Assembly: GCF_006345805.1 (NCBI RefSeq)
Contig: NC_043016.1
Location: 6,758,001 to 6,822,000 of the forward strand
Direction of reading: 5' to 3'
DNA: 64,000 nt
Origin: Octopus sinensis
Taxonomy: Eukaryota
The notes below the pieces were generated by a model that was not told the origin of the DNA, searched no databases, and saw only the letters and a program-made list of their open reading frames with translations. This document shows, one piece after another, positions 51,400 through 64,000 of the stretch. The position numbers and the translations under genes were made by a program. Positions within the stretch are counted from its first letter, which is position 1, and every line of letters begins with the position of its first letter.

Positions 51400-54300
51400 A
51401 GAAAAACCATGTTACGCGGACGAAAACAAAACAAAAACAAAGCGATTTTTCACGAACAAACGCAAAAAAGAGCAAATTGGTCACTGAATTTAGAAAGTCA
51501 CTGAACAGTTATGCCCGGAAACATGACTACCAAAATAAATAGAGGCGAATTTCGATCTGTAAGTCTTATGCGAGTTCGATATGAACAATATATTAATTCG
51601 GAGAATTCAGAAGCGGTGTCTTGTCAAAAAATTGACCCTGTCACCGTCACAGAAGCGGCGTCTTGTCAAAAAGTTGACTCTGAAAAAATGGACCCCTCTG
51701 ATGTCGCCGTCAATCATTTAATGAAAACAAGCCAAAAATCATGCCGGATCGGTCATCGCCCGGGACAACAAGGATGGCGTTACCCAGTAGGGAACCAGAC
51801 TGGGGTCGAAAAGTTTGCTGCTGGAACAAACTCTCAAAAAGACGATCTACCAGGTGACCAGAACCAGAATACTTCTAACTCTGGACTTGTAGTGACACCA
51901 CCAAAAACACCACCTAAAGCAAAACGTATAAAATGGACCAGAGAGGACTATAGAGATGTGTTGAAAGCTTTTTATACAGCCCAACTAAACCCAAATAATA
52001 ACCTCAGTGTACAAACATACATCTCATGGAGAAATTCAGTAGGCAATGACGTACGTAGATATATAGACGCAAATAAATTAAGTAATGTACGCAGAGATAT
52101 AATTAAAAACAAAAGACTAACTGACGCTGAAATTGACAAAATTAGGACACTGATAGCTCATGGTAGACCAAAAGAAAACAGCAACAATGTAGACGAAATA
52201 GGTAACAGTAGCACAGAAGCCAGTGTACAAGCGGCAAATCAACTTCCCAATGGGGAAGTTAAACAAAGAATAGCGAAGACGAGAGATTTGAAAAAAGAGG
52301 AGAACGTAGACCTTCCTCAAGAAAACCAAAATAGATATGACATAGAATTTGAGGTGAATAATAGAGAAAAGATTATGGAAGCAAAAGTGGACATTATGAG
52401 AGAACTCGGCAAGATTGAGCTCACTGACATGGTTAATAGAGAACCACTACCAAAGTTTTCAAATGGCACAAGAAATAACAACACAATCATGACATATAAC
52501 GTTGCCCTAGGACAGATCTTAAGAAATAAGGGGAATGATTTGACAACCTTAAATAATCTCATTTATTCCACTGCTAAAGTAGTAACTACCCAACTAGGTA
52601 TTAAGATGACAAAGAAAAAGGCCAGGCATGTCAATGAACCTCCTAAGTGGAAAGTAGCGATACAAAAAGAGATTGAATCTCTGCGGGCGGATGTTTCAGT
52701 TCTCGATGAGCTTGCTAGAGGAGTGAATATTAAGCCGAGAAAAGCTAGAAAAATCAAGCAAAAAATATAAAATCAAAGATCTCATAAACCTCCCTGCAAC
52801 TAAGGAACTGTTGAAACAACGGATACAGTTGAAAGCTCAACGGCTTAGAAGGTATGACAAAAGAAACAAATTTTATCGACAAAATAAATTTTTTAAGACA
52901 GATGCAAAGAAATTTTATAGGGAAATTGGCAAAAATAAAATACACATAGAAGATCCACCTAAGATTGAGGAAGTGGAGGAGTTCTGAAGAAGGTATGGAG
53001 CAACGAAAAAGAGTTTAATGCTGAGGCTGACTGGATAGAACGTGAGAAAGAGAAGACTGGATGAACTTGAAGAACAGAAATGGGAAGCAATAGGAATAGA
53101 GGAGCTAAGGTGTGTCCTTAGGAAGGCTCATAAATGGAAAACCCCAGGACTGGATCGGATCCCTAACTTCTGGCTGAATTGTTTGACAGAGGTACACGAA
53201 CATCTCGCTGCATCTCTGTCTGATGTCATTCAGAACCCAGAGCAAATACCTGCTTGGCTGACTGAAGGAACCACCTACCTATTACCTAAAACCGAAGACA
53301 CAAAAAACCCAAAGAATTACCGGCCAATACATGTCTCAACACCACCTACAAAATCCTCACATCCATAATAACGGAGAGAATGTACGCTTTCCTTGAACAA
53401 AATTCTATCCTTCCACAAGCTCAAAAAGGTTGTTGTAAAAGAAACTCTTATGGGTGCAAAGACCAATTGCTCATAAACAGAATGATTGTAGAGAATTGCC
53501 GGAGCAAAAACAAAAACCTGAGTATGGCATGGATAGACTACAGGAAAGCGTTATGACAGTGTCCCACATAAATGGATACTCAAGGCCCTTGAGATATACA
53601 AGATCTCTCCTGTCGTCTCAAAATTCTTAGAGAATAGCATGACCATGTGGAACACACGTCTCTTTCTAAGCCATAGTAATGGGATGAGCCAGTCCAACAG
53701 CATCAACATCAAACGAGGCATCTTTCAAGGTGACTCCCTCTCTCCATTACTTTTTTGCATGGCACTGATCCCACTCTCAAACGAATTGGATAGTACCAGA
53801 TATGGGTACAAAGTTTTTAGTAAGTTAATAAACCATCTTTTCTATATGGACGACCTAAAGCTGTTTGCCAGGAATGACCAAGAGCTAGAAGGGCTGCTAA
53901 CAACTGTTAAAGAGTTTAGCAATGATATCGGAATGGATTTTGGCCTTGATAAGTGTGCTAAAGCAACTTTTGTAAGAGGCAAGCTCAGGCAAACAGCTTC
54001 TGTTAAATTAGATATTGACACTACCATCAAGGAACTTGACCCACAGGAAAGTTACAAATACCTAGGAATCAACGAAGGAGATGGTATACATCATGCTACT
54101 ATGAAGGAAAAAATAAGAAAGGAATACTATAGGAGAATAAGGCTTGTACTGAAGACTGAACTCAACTCCAAAAATTGCATTGAGGCCATTAACACCCTGG
54201 CACTTCCAGTAGTCCAGTACAGTTTTAATATCATTAACTGGAACCTTACGGAACTCCAACGCTTAGACAGGAAGACAAGAAAGTTACTGACATCCAAGAG

Positions 54301-55554
54301 CATGCACCACCCTAAGGCAGATGTAGACCGCTTGTACCTACTAGAAGCAGCGGGGGGAGAGGAATGATGCAATTAGAGCTGTGCTATAAGACCTCTACTG
54401 TAGGAATGAACAGGTACCTATCTAGTACAAAGGACTGGATGCTGCGACTTGTGTGCGAACACGAAAGCAACAAAAAGCTGCATTCTATTGTCAAGGAAGC
54501 TTATAAGTTCGAAAGGGAACTAGACATTAACCTTGAATCAGATGAAGAGCCGGAAACCACTGCTACCAAGCAAGCAAAGCGAATCAAGCAGACTGCAAAA
54601 AAGAACGGGCAGAATCAAATTGAGAGGCGGTGGAGCGAGAAGCCCCTGCATGGACAATATATTCTCCGAAGCCAAAATGCTGATGTAGACCAAGCAACAA
54701 CCCATCAGTGGCTGAAGAGCTCTGGATTGAAAGCAGAGACTGAAGGTTTCATAATGGCAGCACAAGATCAAAGCTTGTTTACCAGAAATTACCAGGCTAA
54801 CGTTCTCCGAAACGGTACTGACCCTAAATGCAGATTCTGCGACACATTTGACGAAACGATAGACCATCTCGTTTCGGGATGTCCTGTGCTGACACCAAAC
54901 GAATACAAAAATCGCCACGATAGGGTAGGACAGTATATACATTGGAAGATATGTAAACACTACAAATCCGACACTCCTGCTAACTGGTATGAACACCATC
55001 CTCAGCCAGTTGTTGAAGGTAAAGATGTCACCATCCTCTGAGATTTTCCAGTCAACACTGACAGAACGATCAAGGCTAATCGACCAGACATAATTGTTAA
55101 AGACAGGGAAGAAAATACCTGCAGACTAATAGAAGTAAGCGTCCCCACTGATAAAAATGTATCTGTCAAGGAATTTGACAAACTTAGTAAATATAAGGAC
55201 CTGGAAATCGAAATACAGAGGATGTGGAATCTTAAAAAAAAACTGTTCCTGTTATTGTAGGTGCCCTAGGTATGATAAAAAAGGGATGTCAGAAACACCT
55301 AGACAATATCCCTGGAAAACCATGTCTCAAGGAAATCCAAAAGATTGTGCTAACAAGTACTGCCCACATCCTTAGAAAAACCCTATCAATGTAAATGTCT
55401 GTGTTGCATTACATGGAGATATATCTCTACTTCCCTCCCCAAGCTTTCAGCTATATTTCAACAACTCTTAACCTTCACTTGCCCTAGGGCGCTGGGTGTG
55501 CCCCGGCAGGTGATTGCATCAAACATGCAGATTAAAAGTAAATGACAATGATAA

Positions 55555-55557
<3 letters not shown>
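51400..55557 (+). mobile_element. Near full-length R4/Dong-like LINE (single long ORF, now frameshifted)
   Basis: N-terminus RIKWTREDYRDVLKAFY; [13 protein letters not shown]; YMDDLKLFA; CRFCDTFDETIDHLVSGC; RPDIIVKD; KYKDLE; UTR then (TAA)n; 5' limit approximate. Confidence 0.95.
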
Positions 55558-55638
<81 letters not shown>

Positions 55639-55646
55639 TAATAAGA

Positions 55647-55678
<32 letters not shown>

Positions 55679-55692
55679 CAACAACAACAACA
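55558..55692. repeat. (TAA)n-(CAA)n array
   Basis: Direct reading. Confidence 0.95.
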
Positions 55693-55865
55693 CCAAAAAA
55701 ATACCTTAGGAATGAGAACCTAGGTTTGAATTTCCCCAGACACCTGATGAAGGCTGGAGGGTATATCAGCCGAAACGTTGTGTTAACAACAAACAAAATG
55801 AGGACAAATATCCGTCAAATGTAAATAATATGAATAGTGTAAATCATGTACTTTCTCATCTTAAG
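55693..55865 (+). mobile_element. Repeat family H1
   Basis: Homologous to 50859-50996, 63271-63455 and the arms of 31708-31893. Confidence 0.85.
55739..55784 (+). ncRNA. Minimal type-I hammerhead ribozyme motif, canonical core
   Basis: GACAC-CTGATGA-A-GGCTG(10 nt)CAGCC-GAAAC-GTT-GTGTT. Confidence 0.78.
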
Positions 55866-56883
55866 ACGCTAAGACCTATATTTATACATTTAAAATCCAG
55901 TTATATTAATTTAATAGATAAGCTTAGTAACGTTGTTTGTTTATTAATATTGTTTGGATTTTGCATTATATTGCGTTTGATTGTTGTTATTATTATTATT
56001 GTTATTGACTGGATTTGTAGTGGACTGTCGGTTGTAGTTGAATGTCTTCATAGTGTCTTGTTCTTTGTTCAAATATTTTGTTACCTTTCTTTAATTCGTG
56101 GGGCTTGCTTAGATGTTTTCGTTATTTTCATTAGTAAATAGTTTTCGCCATTTTCATTGATAAATTATTCTATTTGTTTACACTAATCTTCACGATATTA
56201 ATTTTCTAAACACTAAGACTTATACATGTTTTTTACGTTTGAAATTCAGTTATATTATTTTGATCGACAAGCTAAGTAACAGTTTTTGCTTAAAGTATTA
56301 TTTGGCTTTTGAATTTTATTGGGCTTGATTATTATTGTTGTTGAAATATTATCATTTTTATATATATTGATAGTTATAAGTTATGATAGATATTAATTAT
56401 TATATCTATTTAGAATGCTTTATTATTATTTTATTAAAGGCATTTAACGTATTACATATAATTTAATTTGGGAATTAATTTTGTTAGAAAATACATTATT
56501 TAATAATTAGGTGGTATATGAATCAAGTAGTATTATATTTAAGTAAATTAGTTTTTATATTAATTGATATTTTGGTCAACTATATTATTGAATGATATAT
56601 TAAATCTATAGATACTACATATATATTAATTATATAGTTAGTTATATAATGGGTGTGTTTATATTTGAACCATTTCTTATTTTTGATTCCAGTATTTATG
56701 GCTTGTACTAGCATTGTGTATATTAATTAATATTAAGGGTTTTAGTATAATTGTTTAATGGGTATTAGACTTTATTTGGATGCTTATTAAATAAATATAT
56801 TGATAAATAATTTGATTTAATGAATATAGTTTAAAGTGTTGTATTTAGTTTTCACTTAATGTATATTTTGTATCTTATATATA

Positions 56884-56900
<17 letters not shown>
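55866..56900 (-). mobile_element. Very degraded AT-rich PLE-like remnant with about 350-bp direct duplication
   Basis: 55862-56010 resembles 56210-56345; TTLLSLSIKL-like GIY-YIG remnant on minus. Confidence 0.35.
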
Positions 56901-56926
<26 letters not shown>

Positions 56927-56931
56927 ATATA

Positions 56932-56967
<36 letters not shown>

Positions 56968-57309
56968 TGTATGTATGTATGTATGTATATATAATATTAT
57001 ATATATTATATATATATATATATATATATTAAAGAATATATTTATTTTTTAAAAGATTATTTACGTAAATTTATTAATTAATTATTTATTATTGTAGTTA
57101 TCTTTAACCTGATGAGTGGCTATATTTATATCAAAGGGAAATGGAAAATAATTTAAAATGTTCACCTCCAGTGGCCTAACGTGTGAAACTTTAGTCCCAA
57201 AAGACTATGAATTAGTCATAATATATAGTGTGAATTTAAAACCACTATTATGCAACTCAGACACTGATATAATTAAACCAGTACATAAATAACAAATAAT
57301 ATATGGCTA

Positions 57310-57555
57310 AGACTCTACTCCCTGGAGAGAAGACGGGAGAGGTATGCAGTAATATATATCTGGAAGATCCTGGAAGGAATTGTGCCAAATTTTGGTATTG
57401 TAAGCTACACCAATGCTAGAACAGGACGACACTGCATAGTGCCAAAGATCCCAGCGATGCCATCACGCTTCAGGACCAGCTTCTGCAACAGCCTGGGTTT
57501 CAAGGGTCCACAGCTTTTTAATATTCTCCCAAAGAGTCTGAGGAACTTTCACAAA
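57310..57555 (+). mobile_element. CR1/L2-group LINE ORF2 C-terminal fragment
   Basis: LYSLERRRERYAVIYIWKILEGIVPN..KGPQLFNILPKSLRN. Confidence 0.82.
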
Positions 57556-58048
57556 TCAAAACTCAGTCTCAACGAATATATCCTGTTAGGAAACCAACCA
57601 AGCAGAACGACAGTTTGGCTACGGAAGAAATATGTCAGCCTTGTTTTTGACGGATTGAAATTAGATCTGATTCATGACTGTATCCTGTTCGGTGGCTAAT
57701 CCAGCGGAACGATACGTCATCAATGTTTTGATAAATCATAATCGGGTCTGACCCGTAGCTGTATCGTATGTGGAAACCGACCAAGCAGGGTGACAATAGC
57801 TTACCCACTGAGGTAATACGTCATCAGTTTGTGAGTGACTGTTTAAGGCAGCGGCCGTGGTAGAATTTCGCTTCTCCTTTTCGGAGGACCAATCTTTTGT
57901 TTTAATATTCCTGGCCCAGGGTGTTCAAACTTGGTCTAAATTTTTTGATGAAATACAGTTCTTTATTTTGGCGTTGCGTGAAGGTTACGCTGTCACTGAA
58001 TTTATAAAGCGGGTAAGTTGTAAATTTCGGATTTACATTTCTAGCACA

Positions 58049-58093
<45 letters not shown>

Positions 58094-58619
58094 TATATAC
58101 ACACACTACACACACACACACACAACACACACACACACACAGACACACACACACACACCACAACACACACATATATATATATATAATATATATATATACA
58201 CACACATCTATATATATATATACGTCCGTATGGTGTGTATATATACGTGTGTGTGTTTGTGTGGGGGGAGTGTCTGTCTGTGCTGATATAAAATCATAAG
58301 TATTATGTAAAACTTATAGATTTATAAAGCGCTGTCTTGTGACACAGTTAGGTAAATAGAGAAAACTGGTTTTTTTAGAGAGATAACAGGATGTACAGTG
58401 TGTAGCCAGGTCTGTCAATCAAATTGATAAAGTAATTTGTATTAGTATAACATTATTCTTTTCACCTTTTCGCTTTTACTTTTCCTCGTCTTCAAGATAC
58501 CAACTTTAAAGTAACAACCTATTAGTTACATACTTAATTAAGCTTTATTTATTTATTTATATATTTGTTTATTAACAATTAACCATATCATTAATAATAC
58601 ACATTGTTCTTTATATATA

Positions 58620-58651
<32 letters not shown>

Positions 58652-59144
58652 TATTATATCTATATATATATATATATATATATATTGTGTGACGTATTAT
58701 TATACTTATCAATTTTTCGGTGGCAATGTTTCGATGGATATTATCGCCTCAAAATCCTATTGTCATTTTAAATGAGACATAGAAAACTTCCGACTCTCCA
58801 GCCGTATGAGATTTCTGAGTAACATTTTTGTATTGTGCCTACAATGTTCATATAAGAATATCTTTCTAATGAAACGTAATACAATCTTTAAATGAAACCC
58901 TATTCTCTTCTGCGTACTGCCGAACCAAGTACAATGTGTAATGTTAAATTATTATCTTAGTGGTGGCATGGCCTAATTTATGATTAATAGTATCTCATTA
59001 GGCCTGTTACTGTTTTTCTGCTTATGGTTTCAGTCTCACTGCGTGAGCAAAGGTTTTCCTCTGTGGCCCCGCACCGACCAAAGCTTTGGGAGTGGATTTA
59101 GCAGACAGATACTGATGGAAACAGTCGTACGTACAAACCTACAT

Positions 59145-59480
59145 ACGTACATACCTACCTACCTACCTACCTACCCACCCACCTACCTACCTACCTACCC
59201 ACCTTCCTACCTACCTACCTACCTACCCATCTACCTACCTACATACCTACCTACCCACCCATCTACATACCTACCTACCCACCAACCTACCAACCTACCT
59301 ACCTACCCATCTACATACCTACCTACCTACCTACCTACCCACCCATCTACATACCTACCTACTCACCGACCTACCAACCTACCTACCTACCCATCTACAT
59401 ACCTACCTACCTATCTACCAACCTACCTACCTACCTATCTACCAACCTACCTGTCTACCTACCTACATGCATACATACAT
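59145..59480. repeat. (CCTA)n-rich array
   Basis: Direct reading. Confidence 0.95.
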
Positions 59481-59514
59481 ACACAAAGACACATACGGTA
59501 TGTATATACATATA

Positions 59515-59917
59515 TTCTTTTACTTGTTTCAGTCATTTGACTGTGGCCATGCTGGAACACCGCCTTTAATCGAGCAACTCGACCCCGGGACTTATTCTTT
59601 TGTAAGCCCAGTACTTATTCTATCGGTCTCTTTTGCCGAACCGCTAAGTAACGGGGACATAAACACACCAGCATCGGTTGTCAAGCAAAGCAAGGGGTAC
59701 AAACACAGACACACAAACACACACACACACACACATATATATATACATATACACGATGGGCTTCTTTCAGTTTCCGTCTACCAAATCCACTCACAAGTTT
59801 TGGTCGGCCGGAGGCTATAGTAGAAGATACTTGCCCAAGGTGCCACACAGTGGGACTGAACCCGGAACCATGTGGTTGGTAAACAAGCTACTTACCACAC
59901 AGCCACTCCCGCGCCTA
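59515..59917 (-). mobile_element. Full-length SINE S2
   Basis: Reverse complement of 43971-44383. Confidence 0.92.
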
Positions 59918-60078
59918 TGTCTACGATTATATATGAGTTAACAGTGATTATGATAAGCTTATAGTTTTGCCACTGCCAGGAAGAAAAAAATGTGCTATTG
60001 GTGGTTGGGGTATATTGATCTCAGTTTTCTATATCTAGAAAGATGAGTATTGGTGCTATCGTTTGATGACAAAGAGAG

Positions 60079-60490
60079 AATACCAAACTCATTCCCTATG
60101 GATACCGTATTTATTACAACGAGTGGCTTGTAAACGTATCTAACGAGCGAAAGCGAGTTACATACGTTTACAAGCCACTCGTTGTAATAAATACGGTATC
60201 CATAGGGAACTCGTTTGGTATTTTATTTATTACACACGAATAAATGACCATATTTTATTAACCCAATAACTAAATTCTTCACGTTTAGTTGTAACTTATG
60301 AATGACAAAAGTAGTGCCGTCACCGTGATCTCGGGTCATCACCATGAATTGACCAATCAGAAGCAGCGCTGTCACCGTGACCTCGGGTCATCACCATGGA
60401 TTGACCAATCAGAAGCAGCACTCGCAGTATCTGACATATGTTAGATACCAAAAATATCTCAAAGTGTTCTCACTCACATGTGTGTAATAA
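60079..60490. mobile_element. Palindromic MITE-like element with tandem CCAAT units
   Basis: 48-bp perfect arms 60092-60139/60162-60209; TTATTACACAC..GTGTGTAATAA inverted pair; two GACCAATCAGAAGCAGC units. Confidence 0.55.
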
Positions 60491-61861
60491 TTGATGGTTT
60501 CTCACATCAAGCTTGATGTTCCTACATAACCAGTACAATAACCATCAACATAAGATTGCTTAAAAAACATAAGAATCCATTAAAATTCTGTCTCGTATAC
60601 AACGGATTGTCTATCACAGAATATGTAACATATTAATATTTTCACTAAAAACTACACATATTTTCGTTTTCGTGTAAAACACACGACAACGTTGAATACG
60701 CATCATAGGGGATAAAGCGATTTTATCCTGTCAGTTCCTCTATTAATATCGGCACAAGCGCCCACAAGAATTCACCATTTCTGATCTTTTGTTTAGAATT
60801 TCAAATTGCAACACTTGGATATTATACATCTTTAAGAGGAAAATATTACAGTGCCATTATTGTAGCGAGAAATTACTGTTCTATAAATGACCGATTCAGT
60901 TTTATGATTATGATAATAATATTCTGATGTATTTGGATAGTGAAGTTCTAAGACGTCCTTAAAGAGATGTCCCGTAAACCGTTTTGACTATTTTGTTTCA
61001 CTCCCGCTCGAAAGGGAGGCCTTAAATTTATAAACCAACACTTTAGAAAGACGCTGTTGGAAGAACAAATGTAGAGGTTGCTGAAAATAAAAGCAATAGA
61101 ACAGTTTACGTGTTTCAATGGAACATTTAAGAAGTTATAGCTTACTTTAACTCTATTTTTGTTTAAGACCTCACCGATGATTTGTGGACGGATGTATATT
61201 CACTGAGTGTTGAAAGACTCCGACAAAATTAGGACGAATATTTAGGTTTCGCTTTTTCAATTTAAGGTTAGCTTCAGGATTTCACTAGCGCACAATGTGT
61301 GGCAGATGTTCACAACAATGGGGTTTGCATGAAAGAAAAGAAAGAGAGGCAATAGTTGGCGGATATGGGAGGAAGCAAAAAGAGCCAAAAAAAAAAGCCA
61401 CTTGCTGGCCTCGAAATAAATGGAGGCAAAAAGAGACATGACTCACCCTTACTGCCGATCCTCCAACTAGAAAAAAGAAGTGTAGTGATGGGCCGCTGAT
61501 GCAGAACCGAACATTGAAAGCTGTTTCTTGTTCATGGTTGAAAGATACCGCCGAAAGGCATATACGTCAATAAACTGCAAACGCAATAAGCTAGATTTAG
61601 GGGATAGAATATAGAAAGATTCAGGTGTACGACATACATTATTGAAAATTAGTGAAATGAAAATATCCGTACTGAACTATCGAGAAAGTGATAATTACTC
61701 CATCTGGAATATACAATTTTATTTTATTTTATTTTTTTGTATCAATATTAAATGTTGAAGCCCCTGAATACATAATTAACTGCCTCAGTATCATACTTGA
61801 GAAATTGGGTTTCACGAATCGCAAAAGAACTTGTCAAATCAAGAGTATAAAATTGCATGTA

Positions 61862-63124
61862 CGAGGAGGTATCCAAAAGTAACCGGAAACGTTCTCTGTG
61901 GGACAAGTCCACTGTAGTTCAGATTTCCATCGCTAGAAGTGACTTGATACAACCCTCAAGTATCAGTATGCTGACTGGTATCGTTGAATGAAGTCGTACT
62001 GTCACATGACATGTTTTTGTTTGGCAATGTGGATCTTTTCGGTTTGAACGACAGTTTCTAACATAATTTCCACGTAACTAAACACTTTTAAACTTCTTAT
62101 ACTGTTAGAATGTGTTTATAAAACATCTTTTCTCTTGGCTTTATTGAGAAAATTCTATAGTTTGTAAGATATTTGTTGTTTTTTTCTTCAATTTCTGCAA
62201 TTTCAACCAATCAATGACATCTATTGAGGTGAAAACATTCTGTACCGTATGAATATGTCCCGCGTTTAAGAAACAGATTGGGTTTATTTACATTTCTGAA
62301 GAAAAAAAGACACCCTTCCCCCCACTCCTAACTCTAACCCTAAAACAGATTGAAATGCAATAGATCGATACTAGGGTCATAATTACGTGTGACAATTTCA
62401 TATGACACCGCTAGAAAAAACTGCCTTTCAAACCGAAAAGATCCTGCAATGCTTCCCCTTGTTCGTCGTTTTTGCGATAGCTGAAACGAAGAAAGGCCGT
62501 ACTTCTGTGAAATTCTGTTTCCTGCTGGGGAAAATGGCGGCCGTAACTGACGTCATGCTTCAAACAGCTTACAAGGACCATGAGCAAAACACAAATTTAT
62601 GTGTGGTTTTCACGCTTTAACAATTGTCACTTGTCACTTGAAGACCAACCTCGTTCAGCGCGACCGTCGACCTCCTGTTGAAGAATTGACAAACTTGTTG
62701 ATATGACCGGTGTGTCTTTGAGCTCTGTCAAAAGATTTTGAACGCAGAATTGCGAATGTAAAGAGTTGCGGCAAAATCAGTGCGTCGCTTTCTCGCGGAA
62801 GATCAAAAGCGGACACGACTGAATGCGTATCGTGAACTGAAAGAATAGTCGAAAGTTGATCTGGACCGCTTATCGAAGGTCATCACTGATGATGAAAACG
62901 GGTGCTACAGAATTTGCAGACGTAGAAGAGGTGAAGAAAAAGCGACGGAGGCATTAAAAGGCATCACTTTGTATAAGTTCTAGCACTGCTTCGAACAGAG
63001 GAAAATGCGTCGGGTCCGATGCATTATTTCAAATGGAAAATACTGGAGGCGATATAAAAGTAAACATGTAAAACTAAGAGAATTAATAATATTGTAAAGT
63101 TCCGGTTTCTTTTGGGTAACCTTG
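61862..63124 (+). mobile_element. Internally deleted mariner (TA TSD, TIRs) with nested MITE
   Basis: TIRs CGAGGAGGTATCCAAAAGTAACCGGAA / TTCCGGTTTCTTTTGGGTAACCTTG; VKFCFLLGK..LQTAYKD, LEDQPRSARPS, KVITDDE. Confidence 0.85.
62031..62444. mobile_element. Merlin-like MITE, second copy
   Basis: TIR GGATCTTTTCGGTTTGAA; flanks GGCAATGT/TGCAATGC. Confidence 0.85.
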
Positions 63125-63163
63125 TATATCTTTGTGTGTGTACTATATATATGTGTGTGTGTA

Positions 63164-63217
<54 letters not shown>

Positions 63218-63270
63218 ATATATACACATACATAATATATGTATATACATACTCACCACACACACACATA

Positions 63271-63455
63271 TAGGTACAGTTCTATATGTAAGAGATGATG
63301 AATTATGTACATTATTTAAATTATTTAAATTTGACGGATATTTCCCCTCATCTTGTTTGTTGTTAACATATTTTGGCTGATATACCCTCCAGCCTTCTTC
63401 AGGTGTCATGGGGAAATTTCGAACCTGGGTTCTCATTCCTAAGGTATTTTTCGAT
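63271..63455 (-). mobile_element. Repeat family H1, degenerate hammerhead (63365-63407)
   Basis: CTGAAGA and GGCTG/CAGCC kept; GAAACGTT box degraded to AAAAT. Confidence 0.8.
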
Positions 63456-63491
63456 GTTTTGTTGTTGTTGTTATTATTATTATTATTATTA

Positions 63492-63531
<40 letters not shown>

Positions 63532-63537
63532 GTGTTG

Positions 63538-63577
<40 letters not shown>

Positions 63578-63648
63578 CATTATATTGTTGTTGTTGTTGT
63601 TGTTGTTGTTATTATATTATTATTATTATATTATTATTATTATTATTG
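63456..63648. repeat. (GTT)/(TTA)n array
   Basis: Direct reading. Confidence 0.95.
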
Positions 63649-64000
63649 AGTGAGAGAGCAGTTCATGCCATCAAAGTGACACTGGGGTAAAATATACGAA
63701 GCCCAATATACCCATCATGACTACCCGTTGATAAAGGTACACCAGGCCATGCATCACAACCATATGTGCGCGACATGGTGATCTCATATCAAGTAAAAGC
63801 ACATGACCTTGCAGGTGGGGCCCAGTTAGAATTTTCTTCAGGTTGAGTAGCCCATCCTGCTCAAACGGTCCCTGAATAAGGGTTGCTTTAGGATGTTGAA
63901 CGAAACACCTATGTTTCCAGAGGTGAACCATTCAAACTCCAAAGAATCCCTCTCAACACATGGCCATGATGCTCCCCACTACTTCTGCTCGTGATCAGAG
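63649..64000 (-). mobile_element. 3' portion of an unidentified interspersed retro-repeat ending in (AAT)n
   Basis: On minus it terminates directly into the (AAT)n array; no coding motif recognised. Confidence 0.4.

Noticed and set aside
51720-51810. Possible HDV-like ribozyme in the R4/Dong 5' region
   Set aside because: Only isolated hairpins (GTCATC/GATGGC, CCCAGT/ACTGGG); nested double pseudoknot not found.
57105-57200. Hammerhead CTGATGA...GAAAC-TTTA-GTC
   Set aside because: Core boxes are present but helices I and II do not pair convincingly; listed only as doubtful.
61260-61620. pogo/Tigger-like transposase N-terminus
   Set aside because: Only vague basic and WL motifs; too degraded to call.

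Overview
Eukaryotic, repeat-saturated window with no recognisable host gene, rRNA, true tRNA or CRISPR array. The SINE families, microsatellite load and TTAGGG-type repeat point to an octopus/coleoid cephalopod genome (inference). Main contents: (i) five head-to-tail R4/Dong-like RLE-endonuclease LINE copies separated by (TAA)n-type microsatellites (1-10 kb), a near full-length copy at 51.4-55.6 kb and further fragments; (ii) Penelope-like element (PLE) remnants, one with its GIY-YIG domain split by about 780 bp of Asn/Thr-rich sequence; (iii) about 15 minimal type-I hammerhead-ribozyme-like motifs in several short dispersed families, two with fully canonical cores, some with shared variant cores, several at the axis of fold-back palindromes, one fold-back bounded by a 12-bp target-site duplication; (iv) a 20-copy 156-bp satellite amplified from the body of a SINE; (v) L1/Tx1, CR1/L2, Tc1/mariner, Chapaev3-like, Helitron and Merlin-like MITE remnants, often nested; (vi) one 100-N gap. 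Most ORF-track entries are microsatellite artefacts. All family names come from recalled motifs, not database searches; many boundaries are approximate; no ribozyme activity is demonstrated.
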